From NCBI GenBank assembly GCA_007129495.1, contig SKVJ01000034.1:2190-66189 (forward strand): 64,000 nt of DNA. The letters are read 5' to 3'. Positions 37,634 through 47,139 of the stretch are shown here, piece by piece (within the stretch, counting starts at the first letter, position 1; each line of letters opens with the position of its first letter). Under the pieces are notes generated by a model. It did no database searches and had not been told where the DNA came from. It saw only the letters and a program-made list of their open reading frames with translations. The position numbers were made by a program, and so were the translations under genes. This DNA is from Dehalococcoidia bacterium (GTDB taxonomy: Bacteria > Chloroflexota > Dehalococcoidia > GIF9 > AB-539-J10).

Positions 37634-37915
37634 TTACTCAGTCTTGCTCATGACCAGCTTGGGTCCAGCCTCCGACTCATGTACATCGATCGTGATGCCT
37701 TCCAACTGCTCAGCGAGCGCATCTTCCACCAGCAGAACCTTGGAGCCTTCATGTTCGATGACCTTGTCTCCTTCCTTCTCCACGTCTACCCCAAGGCCAA
37801 ACTCGTCAGGCCCAACGAGAGCCAGACGAAGCCCGTTTGTACCTTCTTCCTGCTGTCCCTGTGCGTCTAGAGCCTTCTTGAGTTCCTGGCGTGCGCGTTC
37901 TGTCACCTCTATCAT
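37634..37915 (-). CDS. HesB/IscA-fold-like small protein lacking the conserved cysteines
   Basis: The pattern MIEVTERA...ELKKAL......GLRLAL.G......G..VD.....D.V.EH.G.KVLV....A..L.G..ID is like IscA/HesB, but no Cys is present. RBS AAAGGAGG lies upstream. Confidence 0.5.
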   Translation of the reverse strand: MIEVTERARQELKKALDAQGQQEEGTNGLRLALVGPDEFGLGVDVEKEGDKVIEHEGSKVLLVEDALAEQLEGITIDVHESEAGPKLVMSKTE

Positions 37916-38231
37916 CTGCTCGCCTCCTTTTTCGGGCTTTGTGCCCGATTCATTCCGTCGCGTGGCCGCGTACGATAACTGCCGCTGATGACCGAAAAAC
38001 CTGTCCCACTAAAGCCTTACTGCGTTCAGTTCACAATTCTTGGACATCGGACGCCTAACACGTTTTGGCGTTCAGATACGCGACTTCCTCCGACCTCAAA
38101 CCTCACCTTAGCAAATGCAAAGGGGGGTGGGTCAAACTTCGGGGGTGTTGTCCAATGGTATCGCGCCACTGTTCATTGATGAGTATGGTTGTCTATAATG
38201 ACCTTGAGCGCTCATCGAGAGGAGGAGTCAC

Positions 38232-39407
38232 ATGGCGACCGGAGGTAGAGAACGATTTCGGGGCATCTGCGAATTCGAACTCAATGGCGAGCTTATGCTG
38301 GTAACACCGTATTTTCATGACTTCTGGACCGAGACACTCGATGAGTGGGTCTCTCAGGGGGCACCCCCGGAGATCAGGCAGGCACGATTCCGGGGACAGT
38401 ATTTCCACCTCGATCATTTGCGCATGCTGCGCGAGATCAAGCTGGGCCTGTTCATGGATAAGGTCATCGATGTACATGGAGCGCCGTACGTCTATGGTAT
38501 TCCTCCGATTGTGCCTGAGTATGACACCGAGGTTCTTGAAGAGGATGATGAACACGTGGTCATTGTAAATGCCGGTGGCCAGAAGCTACGGGCCTCTAAG
38601 AAGCATCCCGAAAAGATGCCTATGTACCTGGACTTTCCGGTGAAAGACCGGGCCACGTGGGAGGAGTACAAGAAACGGCTTGACCCCACCACGCCTGAAC
38701 GCTGGCCGGCTGATTGGGAGCCATATGCCGCGCGCATCAACTCTAAGAGCGAGCCTGTCATGCTGAATGTCGGCGGCCTCTTTGGCTACATACGTGAGTG
38801 GATGGGTGTGGAGCGGGTCCTCTATCTTGTGTATGACGATCCCGTCCTCATGGAAGACATGATGGAGCATATGACCTTCCTTCAACTCGAAGTGGTGAAA
38901 CGCGTGCTTGCCGACGTGAGGATTGACTGCGCCATGTACTGGGAGGATATGTGCTTCAAGACAGGGCCCCTCATCTCGCCGAAGATGGTAGAGCGCTTCA
39001 TGGTACCGCGCTACAAAAAGGTGACTGAGTTGCTGCGGTCTGCCGGCGTTGACTCGATATTCGTGGACAGCGATGGTAATCTGAACCAACTCATTCCGTT
39101 GTGGCTCGAATCCGGCATCAACGGTTTCTGGCCTCTTGAGTGTGCTGCGGGCAACGATGCGGTAGCGCTGCGAAAGAAGTACGGTAAGGACATCATTCTT
39201 GCGGGTAACATCGACAAGCGCGCCTTCCTGAAGACGGAAGAAGTCCTTCGTGAGGAGATTATGGCAAAGGTGCCGTACCTGCTCGAAACGGGCGGCTACT
39301 TCCCTTCGCTCGACCACCTCGTTCCGCCGGATGTGCCGTTGAAGATGTATCAGTACTTCATCAACACTCTGCGGGAGGTAGCGGGGCTCGAGAAGATTTC
39401 CTGGTAG
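38232..39407 (+). CDS. Uroporphyrinogen decarboxylase (URO-D) superfamily protein (MtaA/HemE-like, function unknown)
   Basis: The C-terminal half YWEDMCFKTGPLISP...VDSDGN...ILAGNID is typical of the URO-D fold. RBS GAGGAGGAG lies upstream. Confidence 0.7.
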   Translation: MATGGRERFRGICEFELNGELMLVTPYFHDFWTETLDEWVSQGAPPEIRQARFRGQYFHLDHLRMLREIKLGLFMDKVIDVHGAPYVYGIPPIVPEYDTEVLEEDDEHVVIVNAGGQKLRASKKHPEKMPMYLDFPVKDRATWEEYKKRLDPTTPERWPADWEPYAARINSKSEPVMLNVGGLFGYIREWMGVERVLYLVYDDPVLMEDMMEHMTFLQLEVVKRVLADVRIDCAMYWEDMCFKTGPLISPKMVERFMVPRYKKVTELLRSAGVDSIFVDSDGNLNQLIPLWLESGINGFWPLECAAGNDAVALRKKYGKDIILAGNIDKRAFLKTEEVLREEIMAKVPYLLETGGYFPSLDHLVPPDVPLKMYQYFINTLREVAGLEKISW

Positions 39408-39428
39408 CGAACTATGTCAATACGGAAA

Positions 39429-39460
39429 AGAGGGGAGGCCTGCGCCTCCCCTCTTCGTTT
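39429..39460 (+). terminator. Rho-independent terminator candidate between convergent genes
   Basis: 11-bp stem AGAGGGGAGGC / GCCTCCCCTCT with a 4-nt loop, followed by TCGTTT. Confidence 0.55.
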
Positions 39461-39490
39461 ACTGGATGAACAACGGGCTGCGGGGTGGTC

Positions 39491-40861
39491 CTAGGCGATC
39501 GCGCTGTCCGGGCTTAGAATGCCATTGGGATCGAACAATTGCTTGATCTGGAGCATCAATTCTCGCGACTTCGGGTCGAAGCTCATCTCCATCTGCTCCA
39601 TCCTCGTCTTGCCGACACCATGCTCGCCGCTGATGACGCCGCCTAGCTTGATGGCGGCCTCGTAGATCTCCTTCTTCGCGTCCTTGAGCAATCCCTTCTC
39701 TTGATACTCCCAGAACATGTTCGGATGGAGGTTGCCGTCACCTGCGTGACCCACCACCGGGATGAAGATGCCGTATTTCTCCGCCACCTTGTCAATGGCG
39801 TCGAGCATCTCGGGGATAGCTGCAGGCGGAACCGTCACGTCGAGGGCGTCACAGACCTTGGGCTTGACGGCATTGCCGACCTCGCTGCGGATCTTGAGTA
39901 TCTCGGCCTGCTCGGCGTTTGTCTCAGCCATGAGCACATCGACTGCGCCATTCGTGTCGGCTATCTCAGAAAGCTGCTCGCACATGCCGTAGAGTTGGTC
40001 CTCATTGGCCTCGGCCATGATGACGATGAGCTGGGCTGACCCCTGCTTTGCCGGCCAGACCATATTGATATGCTCGGCGGTCTGCTCCATCAGAGACTTC
40101 TCCGTATACTCGATAGCCAGCGGAATGATGCCAGCCTGCAGTATCTTCGGAACGGTCGCGATAGCACCCCGGCGGTCGTCAAATGAGATGACGAGTGTAG
40201 CCGTAGCTCCGAACTTGGGATACAGCCGCATCGTGGCCTTCGTCACGATCCCGAGGATTCCTTCGGAGTCGATGATGAGGTGCATCAGGTCGAGTCCTGT
40301 ATTGTTCTTCAACAGCTTGCCGCCCATCTGGACTATCTCCCCGGTGGGAAGCACGACCTCCAGTCCCTTGACGTAATTGCGAACCACTCCGTACTTCACT
40401 GCGCGGGTGCCGCCAGCGTTACAGACTATCATGCCCCCTACCTGGGCTCCCTCGTCTCCAGGGTGTGGGGGGAAGAGCAGGTCGTTGGCCTCTACCTCAT
40501 GCAGCAGGTGCTCGAGTGTCACACCGCCTTCGGCCACGACCATCATGTTTTCCTTGTCGACCTCGATAATCTTATCGAGGCGCTCCAGCGACAGGACAAC
40601 GCCGTCTCTGGTCGGGACAGCCGCTCCCACGAGGCCGGTACCGCCACCCCTGGGGTAGATCAGTATTTTCTCTTCGTTAGCGAGCTTGAGGATGGCGGAG
40701 ATCTCCTCCGGATTGGCTGGCTTTACCACCACGACGTTCTCTGCGGGCTTCGGGAGCACACCGAGGTAGGTCTCGTCGGCCAGGTAACCCTGGATCTGCT
40801 CACGCTGTGTCACGACGTAGTGTTCACCAACAATGCGCTTAAGTGCATCAACGTTAATCAT
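39491..40861 (-). CDS. FAD-linked oxidase (GlcD / D-lactate dehydrogenase-like)
   Basis: The FAD_binding_4-type N-terminus has PRGGGTGLVGAAVP. The C-terminal GGVISGEHGVGKTR motif is also present. RBS AAGGAGG lies upstream. Confidence 0.85.
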   Translation of the reverse strand: MINVDALKRIVGEHYVVTQREQIQGYLADETYLGVLPKPAENVVVVKPANPEEISAILKLANEEKILIYPRGGGTGLVGAAVPTRDGVVLSLERLDKIIEVDKENMMVVAEGGVTLEHLLHEVEANDLLFPPHPGDEGAQVGGMIVCNAGGTRAVKYGVVRNYVKGLEVVLPTGEIVQMGGKLLKNNTGLDLMHLIIDSEGILGIVTKATMRLYPKFGATATLVISFDDRRGAIATVPKILQAGIIPLAIEYTEKSLMEQTAEHINMVWPAKQGSAQLIVIMAEANEDQLYGMCEQLSEIADTNGAVDVLMAETNAEQAEILKIRSEVGNAVKPKVCDALDVTVPPAAIPEMLDAIDKVAEKYGIFIPVVGHAGDGNLHPNMFWEYQEKGLLKDAKKEIYEAAIKLGGVISGEHGVGKTRMEQMEMSFDPKSRELMLQIKQLFDPNGILSPDSAIA

Positions 40862-41195
40862 GCCGGTACCTCCTTACCCTACTGTATGCGAAAAGGGAAT
40901 CTCCATTCCGCCGGGGAATGTGGGCGAGATCGCTTTCCATGTGGAAATAGTGTGCTGTCGCAGGGTTATGCAACTGTCTGATTCCAGATGGCTGTGAGTT
41001 GCTGTTCAGCCGGACTCACCGTCATCACCGTAGCGATTATGGTAGCGATTTCGGGTCTCGTTTGCAACAGTCAGGACTATGTGTCTGAGAGTAATAGAAA
41101 GGGGAGAGCTTCAAGCTCTCCCCCTTCGGAATCCAGGAGATATGGGTCACCGCCGCTGCATCGCTCGAGGAACACCCCGGCCCTGACGTATGAGG

Positions 41196-42212
41196 TCAGG
41201 TGCACAGGGCATCTTCCATCTCGCCGGGCGCCTGCTCCTTGCCTATCGCTTCAGTCAGTCGCGGTACCAGGTCATAGAGGTCGCCCACGATTGCGTAGTC
41301 GGCGATCTCGAATATTGCTGCCTCTGGGTCTCGGTTGATGGCGACTATTGTGCCGGCCGTACGCATGCCGATGAGGTGCTGCGAACTGCCCGAGACACCG
41401 ACGGCAAAATACACTCGCGGCCGCACCGTATTGCCGCTGAAGCCGACAAGGTGCTCTTTGTCCATCCAGCCTTCGTCAACCAGGGGCTTGCTGCAACCGA
41501 CTACGCCTCCGATGGCATCGGCCAGATCCTGCAGCATCTTGAGGTCCTCTGGTTTCTTGAGGCCGCGGCCTCCGCAGACCACTATTTCGGCCTCGGCGAC
41601 GCCTGTGCGGGCATGGCGGTTACAGGGGACGCGCGATAGAACCGCGAGCGGCTCTTCGACTAGTGACTCCCGCCGGATGATTCTGCCCTGCCGGTTGCAG
41701 TCTCGTGGCAGCGCCTGCATTATCTTGTAGCGGACGGTAGCCATCTGGGGTCGTGTGCTTGTCTTGATGTGCGCCAGTATGTTGCCGCTGAATGCCGGAC
41801 GTATCTGTACGAGGTCGCCCTGCTCGTCAATTTCCAGGCTGGTGCAGTCGGCTGTCAAGCCGGTATCGAGAGCGGCTGCCAGCCTCGGTCCGAGCGACCT
41901 GCCTATTGGCGTCGCACCCAGCAGGATGATGTCCGGTTTGACCTCGTTGACAAGTTCCAAGAGGTTCAAGCGGTAGTTCATGATGTCGAAGGCTGCCAGA
42001 GCCTCATGGTCGAACAGATAGACGGTGTCCGCACCCCGGAAGATGAGCTCCTGTGCCTCTGACTCGAGTTCTTGACCCATCACAACGGCTGAGAGTTCGC
42101 CCCCCAGCCTGTCCGCAATCTCGCGGCCCTTGCCCAGCAGTTCGTAGCTTACCGGATGGACCGTGCCGCCGCTCTGTTCGGCAAATATCATAACCCCAGG
42201 TGCAGTAGCCAT
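41196..42212 (-). CDS. etfA: Electron transfer flavoprotein alpha subunit (EtfA/FixB-type)
   Basis: The C-terminal FAD domain has GGRG...VGCSKPLVDEGW...VGFSGNTVRP..YFAVGVSGSSQH. The start lies 3 nt after the etfB stop. Confidence 0.85.
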   Translation of the reverse strand: MATAPGVMIFAEQSGGTVHPVSYELLGKGREIADRLGGELSAVVMGQELESEAQELIFRGADTVYLFDHEALAAFDIMNYRLNLLELVNEVKPDIILLGATPIGRSLGPRLAAALDTGLTADCTSLEIDEQGDLVQIRPAFSGNILAHIKTSTRPQMATVRYKIMQALPRDCNRQGRIIRRESLVEEPLAVLSRVPCNRHARTGVAEAEIVVCGGRGLKKPEDLKMLQDLADAIGGVVGCSKPLVDEGWMDKEHLVGFSGNTVRPRVYFAVGVSGSSQHLIGMRTAGTIVAINRDPEAAIFEIADYAIVGDLYDLVPRLTEAIGKEQAPGEMEDALCT

Positions 42213-42215
42213 AAT

Positions 42216-43010
42216 CTACAGAAGTCCTCCTGTCTCGAGTCTCTGGATGAGTTCGTTCACGATCTTGTCCGGCGGGCCATCGATCCGCATGCCTTTTCGG
42301 CCCTCGACCGGTGGGACTACCACCTTCGTGAGTCGGGTGGGGGAGCCATGGAGTCCGAAGTTCTCGGGGGATGTGAATTCCTTGAGGTCGTCAGCGCCCC
42401 AGCGCTCTACAGGTCTTGCCACTGCCTGGTATATCCGCTGCGGCGTGGCATACGGGCACTTGCCGGCGCGACGCGTCACTGTGATAAGGGCAGGGAGTTG
42501 TGCCTCGGCTACATGCAGGCCGTCGCTCATTTCGCACAGTGCCTTCAGCTTCTGGTCCAGGGAAAGTATCTCCCTTATGTAAGCCACATGCGGGATACCC
42601 AGCCATTCAGCCAGTCCCGGTCCGACCTGGCCGGTATCGCCATCTACGGTCTTCTCACCGCAGATCACGAGATCGCAACCACCGAGCTTCAGGATCCCCG
42701 CCGCGAGGGTACATGAAGTAGCCCATGTATCGGCACCGGCAAACGCCTTGTCCGCCAGCAGGATCACCCTGTCAGCCCCGCGCGCATAGCATTCCTTGAG
42801 CGCTGACACCGCCTGCTGTGGGCCCATCGATATCGCGGTGACAGTCCCTCCGTGGAGATTTCTCAATCGCAGGGCTGTCCCCAGGGCGTGGAGGTCGACC
42901 GGATTCACCACACCTGGCGCGGAGCTACGATCGACGCGACCTGCCTCGGTGTCGAACTTGACCCGTTGCATATCCGGCACCTGTTTGACCGGCACAACTA
43001 TTCGATACAT
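42216..43010 (-). CDS. etfB: Electron transfer flavoprotein beta subunit (EtfB/FixA-type)
   Basis: Start trimmed to MYRIVVPVKQVPD after GGGAGGA. Carries the VDGDTGQVGPGLAEWLGIPHV motif. Confidence 0.85.
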   Translation of the reverse strand: MYRIVVPVKQVPDMQRVKFDTEAGRVDRSSAPGVVNPVDLHALGTALRLRNLHGGTVTAISMGPQQAVSALKECYARGADRVILLADKAFAGADTWATSCTLAAGILKLGGCDLVICGEKTVDGDTGQVGPGLAEWLGIPHVAYIREILSLDQKLKALCEMSDGLHVAEAQLPALITVTRRAGKCPYATPQRIYQAVARPVERWGADDLKEFTSPENFGLHGSPTRLTKVVVPPVEGRKGMRIDGPPDKIVNELIQRLETGGLL

Positions 43011-43424
43011 CGTGATCCTCCCTGTGCGGTGTGGCTGCACTGGTTATCCAGGAAGAACCAGCAGCCCTTGGCTGCCGGGCCGCACACACGTATCCTTAGG
43101 CAGTAGGCAGTTGTTCTCTGGATCGGCGTAGCGAATTCTCGCATTCACTTCCACCCCTCCTATCCCCGGCATCCTGACGGTGGCAGATATGTCCGACAGG
43201 CCAGGGTATGCCTCTTTCTGCGATCGCCGAATCATACCGGGGAAGCTTCGGCTCCACGGGGCACATATGGTTCGCGCGCCGCAAAGCGCACACCATCTAC
43301 GTGCGCTACAAGGATATTGCGAAGGGTGATGGCTGTCAAATCAGAGTTCGCGAAAGAGAAAACCGCCCAGGACGGCTCGTATGACGATGCTATAATCCAA
43401 CGTACAATGAGACGGGTGGAGTGA

Positions 43425-44669
43425 ATGAACCTCTCCAGAGACCTTGATCGATGGCTGCCCCCCGGAGCACGTGAACTGCTCCGCCGGATAGGTTCGTGTG
43501 CCGGCGACCTCGGTGTCCAGACGTATTTGGTGGGTGGCCCGGTTCGCGACCTCATTCTTGGCCGTCAGAGCTTCGACCTGGATGTGGTGGTTCAAGGTGA
43601 CGCGCCCGCCGTAGCACACGCGGCTACGTTGCCCGATGAGCCACCGCCCGTGGTGCATCCTTTCTTTGGGACCGCAACACTGTATCAGGGTGCGTTCCGG
43701 GCCGATCTCGCCACCGCTCGGGCTGAGATCTATGAGCGCCCTGGGGCACTGCCGATCGTGCGTTGGGGGTCTATAGAGCAGGACCTGGCGCGTCGCGATT
43801 TCACGGTAAATGCTATGGCGCTGACTCTCGGCGGTCCACGTCATGGCGATCTGCTCGATCTGCATGGGGGTCGCTCTGACCTTGAGCACGGCCTGTTACG
43901 GGTGTTGCATGATGCGAGCTTTGTCGACGATGCCACCCGAATATTGCGTGGCGTTCGTTACGAACAGCGCTTCGGGTTCGCTTTCGAGAAGCTGACGCTT
44001 GAGGCGCTGCAGCGTGATCTGCGGTATCTCGACTGCCTCAGTCCCGACCGGGTTCGCCATGAGTTCGAGCGCACGTTCGCGGAGGATGAGCCGGAGCAGG
44101 CGCTGCGACGGCTCAACACCCTGAACGTGTTCAGCGCCATCCATCCCGGTCTCGTCTTCGGTCCGGAGAAGGCGTGGATACTCGAAGGCTTCAGGAGGCG
44201 GGCGCTGCCGCCATCTCAGCTATATACCGTCTACTGGTGCCTGCTGGCCTGGGGCCTGTCTTCCATGGAGGTGGAGACTTTTGCCACCCGCCTGTGCCTG
44301 CCCCGGCGGATCCAGGATGCAATTGCCGATGCAGTGGCGCTGCAGGAGTTGGCGCCGTACCTGGATGATCCGGGGTTGACTCCCGGACAGGTCTTCGAGG
44401 TGCTGCACGGCCGCAGCGTTGCCGCTCTGATTGTGGCGGAGCGACTGTTTGTACGTCCTTTCGCACGGTCAAGTCTGTCACTCTACCTGCATCGATTGCG
44501 TCACGTTCGCCTATCTCTCACGGGCAGGGACCTGCAGGCTCTGGGGATTCCTGAGGGGGTGCTGCTGGGACGCATCCTGTCGTGTCTTCGTACTGCGCGA
44601 CTAAACGGTGAGGTGTCATCCAGGGAGGAGGAGGCAGCTCTTGCCCTGCGCCTGTTGAACGATGCCTAG
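43425..44669 (+). CDS. cca: CCA tRNA nucleotidyltransferase / poly(A) polymerase family protein
   Basis: The head-domain motif YLVGGPVRDLILGRQSFDLDVVV is followed by a RRDFTVNAMA motif. Confidence 0.8.
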   Translation: MNLSRDLDRWLPPGARELLRRIGSCAGDLGVQTYLVGGPVRDLILGRQSFDLDVVVQGDAPAVAHAATLPDEPPPVVHPFFGTATLYQGAFRADLATARAEIYERPGALPIVRWGSIEQDLARRDFTVNAMALTLGGPRHGDLLDLHGGRSDLEHGLLRVLHDASFVDDATRILRGVRYEQRFGFAFEKLTLEALQRDLRYLDCLSPDRVRHEFERTFAEDEPEQALRRLNTLNVFSAIHPGLVFGPEKAWILEGFRRRALPPSQLYTVYWCLLAWGLSSMEVETFATRLCLPRRIQDAIADAVALQELAPYLDDPGLTPGQVFEVLHGRSVAALIVAERLFVRPFARSSLSLYLHRLRHVRLSLTGRDLQALGIPEGVLLGRILSCLRTARLNGEVSSREEEAALALRLLNDA

Positions 44670-45250
44670 GCTGTCCTCACTACGTACAACAGGTGCTTCG
44701 CACGGCTGGCGGTCGTATATATAGCGCGGTCAGACCAGCGGGCATCATTCGGATCCACATCCAGGAGTATGACCGCATCTGCTTCACAACCTTTGAACTT
44801 CATATAGGTATGGTAGCGTACGGTATGGCGTCCTGTTGCACCGCCCTCCACCACCTTGAAACGGCCCACGATTCCGTTCGTTGGGATGCACGTTCTTGCG
44901 ATGTTGTGGCCTCCCAGAATGATGATGCGGTCTGGCGATAGGCCCTGCCGGAAGACCATGTCATCGAGAATAGCGCCTAATCTGGCTTGCCTTCCTCTGG
45001 GCGAAGGATTGACTAACTCCTGCACTTCCTCGCCGTCAGGCGCTCTAACCATCGAGCGCATCATCTCAGACGCGTGCCTGGCCACATATTCGCAGATGGC
45101 CTTCGTATTAGGGCAATTGTCCGACAGCATGAACTCCGGCCCATTGATCGGAAAGGCCATCTCGGTACCGAAGACATTCTGATCGGGTCGTAGAAGACAT
45201 AGCAGTAACCGCCGTCTGAAATGACATCGAACTCTGGTGGATAGCGCTTG
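44666..45250 (-). pseudogene. 5'-truncated, frameshifted remnant of a superfamily-1 (UvrD/AAA_30-like) helicase C-terminal region
   Basis: ORF 44666..45160 ends with the helicase C-terminal motifs VRYHTYMKFKGCEADAVILLDV and IYTTASRAKHLLYVV. An upstream out-of-frame piece reads ...YCYVFYDP, followed in the other frame by DQNVFG, consistent with a 1-nt frameshift near 45185. There is no N-terminal ATPase domain because ispE abuts at 45251. Confidence 0.5.
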
Positions 45251-46102
45251 TTAGGCCGCAGGGCCGATAGTCCGTGCGACGACGGCATGCCGTCCATAGC
45301 GAATCAGGCGTGAGGCGACTGCATCGGCCTCATCGGCGGAAGGGAGTAGTACGTAGAGGCTTGGGCCCGAGCCGGCGAGATGTACCGGCACATCGGTGGC
45401 CTTCTGGAGGAGTGTGCGGTCACGTGCCAGCGACTCAAAGACACAGTCGGCGACCTTCTCGAAGACGTTGAACATCAGTTCCTCCGGAATACGCCTGCCG
45501 TGTTCAAGCGCGAACTCTGCTGCACGAACAAACTGACCTTTCGTGAACATCTCCGGATGGAGTTGGCTGTACATAAGTCCCGTCTTTCCCGGAGGAGGGT
45601 AAGCGCATGGGGTCAGGATAACCGCGTGCATCGGAGGATGATGAGGAAGAGCTCGCACCTGATCCCCTTTGTCCTTGAGCAGCACTGTGCCTCCTGTCAC
45701 GAACAGGGGTACGTCCGAACCCAGTTGGGCTGCAAGGTCGAAGAGTTGATGCTGCTGCAGCCCCGCACCCCACATCTGATTGAGCGCGAGAAGTGTCGCC
45801 GCTGCGTCACTGCTGCCGCCGCCGAGCCCTGCTGCCTGGGGGATGCACTTATTGAGATGGATACGGGCGCCTTGGAGGATTGCACAGTGCTCCTGCAAGA
45901 GACGTGCCGCCTGGCTCACCAGGTTATCTTTCAGGAGAGATGGTTCACTGCAGGTGAACGAGATATCTGTGGCAGGTTCGAATGTCAGCATGTCGCAAAG
46001 GTCGATCCCCTGAGCAATGCTGCGGATATCGTGGTACTGGTCGTGGCGTCCCACCACCTCGAGCACGAGGTTGAGCTTGGCCGGGGCGAGAACTGTCAGC
46101 AT
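45251..46102 (-). CDS. ispE: 4-(cytidine 5'-diphospho)-2-C-methyl-D-erythritol kinase
   Basis: Start trimmed to MLTVLAPAKLNLVLEV after GGGGAGGAG. Carries the GHMP kinase motif PQAAGLGGGSSDAAA. It overlaps the rsmA stop by 7 nt. Confidence 0.85.
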   Translation of the reverse strand: MLTVLAPAKLNLVLEVVGRHDQYHDIRSIAQGIDLCDMLTFEPATDISFTCSEPSLLKDNLVSQAARLLQEHCAILQGARIHLNKCIPQAAGLGGGSSDAAATLLALNQMWGAGLQQHQLFDLAAQLGSDVPLFVTGGTVLLKDKGDQVRALPHHPPMHAVILTPCAYPPPGKTGLMYSQLHPEMFTKGQFVRAAEFALEHGRRIPEELMFNVFEKVADCVFESLARDRTLLQKATDVPVHLAGSGPSLYVLLPSADEADAVASRLIRYGRHAVVARTIGPAA

Positions 46103-46992
46103 TGCTCCTCCCCTGAAGCTGTAGCGCAATAGGTATGCCACAGCCGGACCCATTCCTCGACCGTGAGAGTCTCAGGCCGGCGATGCCGGTCTATGCCCCC
46201 GCGCGTGAGGAGATCATCTATCTGCTCGCGTGGTAACGGGAGGCCGTGACCGAACGAGTTGCGCAACTGTTTCCGCGGTGAATGGAAGCCGGCCGCGACG
46301 AAGTCCAGAAACGCAGAGACCAACTGCGTTGGAACCGGCGGTGATTTCAGCACCTCCAGCCTGAGCACGAGTGAATCGACCTTGGGTGGGGGATGGAAGG
46401 AACCGGCTGATACGCGCCTGACGATGTTAGGATGTGCGAATGCCTGAACACTAACGCTCAGCAGGCTCATGTCACCCGGTTGTGCCATGATGGCGCGCCC
46501 GACTTCTTCCTGCACCATCACGACCATCAGGTCAGGCCGCACGGCTGTGTGCAGGAAATGGCGCAACACCGGCGAGGTGATGTAGTAGGGGAGGTTGGCT
46601 ACCACCTTGTAGCGGCCTGTGCGGCGGATGCTGTAGAGGTCCAGCAGTTCTGCGGGGGGGAGGGTCAGGATATCGCCTTCGACTATCTGCACGTTGGCCG
46701 ACGCATCGAATGAGTCGTGCAGCAGCGCTACCATGCGCCTGTCCAGCTCGACGGCGATAACCTCTCCTGCACTGCATTGAAGTTCAGACGTGAGTGAACC
46801 GGTACCGGGCCCGATCTCGATGACTGTGTCCTCCCGGGTAACATCGGCTGCCGCGATGATCGATTTCAGAATGCCCCGGTCTACGAGGAAGTGCTGGCCC
46901 ATGCGTTTGTTCACGCGCAGTTCGTGGTGACGCAGCAGGTCCTTGAGTCGCGACATGTCGCCGCGTGGCGGTTTGGTGGATGTCATGTGCAT
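46096..46992 (-). CDS. rsmA: 16S rRNA (adenine1518/1519-N6)-dimethyltransferase
   Basis: MGQHFLVD, VIEIGPGTGSLT and ANLPYYITSP are KsgA/RsmA signature motifs. Confidence 0.85.
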   Translation of the reverse strand: MHMTSTKPPRGDMSRLKDLLRHHELRVNKRMGQHFLVDRGILKSIIAAADVTREDTVIEIGPGTGSLTSELQCSAGEVIAVELDRRMVALLHDSFDASANVQIVEGDILTLPPAELLDLYSIRRTGRYKVVANLPYYITSPVLRHFLHTAVRPDLMVVMVQEEVGRAIMAQPGDMSLLSVSVQAFAHPNIVRRVSAGSFHPPPKVDSLVLRLEVLKSPPVPTQLVSAFLDFVAAGFHSPRKQLRNSFGHGLPLPREQIDDLLTRGGIDRHRRPETLTVEEWVRLWHTYCATASGEEQC

Positions 46993-47139
46993 CTATGCTA
47001 CCACTTCTGTGAGGCTTCTGAGCATGTGTCCTCGTTTGGTGCGGGCAGTCAGGATTGTAAGCGTGGTCGGCTGGTTGTGAATCTGACCATTGACCGGGCT
47101 GTGCATGCTTCATACAATCCATCTGTCAGGGGGTTGAAC

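Noticed and set aside
38194-38199. A perfect TATAAT 33 nt upstream of the URO-D-family gene start.
   Set aside because: No acceptable -35 box or extended -10 accompanies it. A single hexamer is too weak to report as a promoter.
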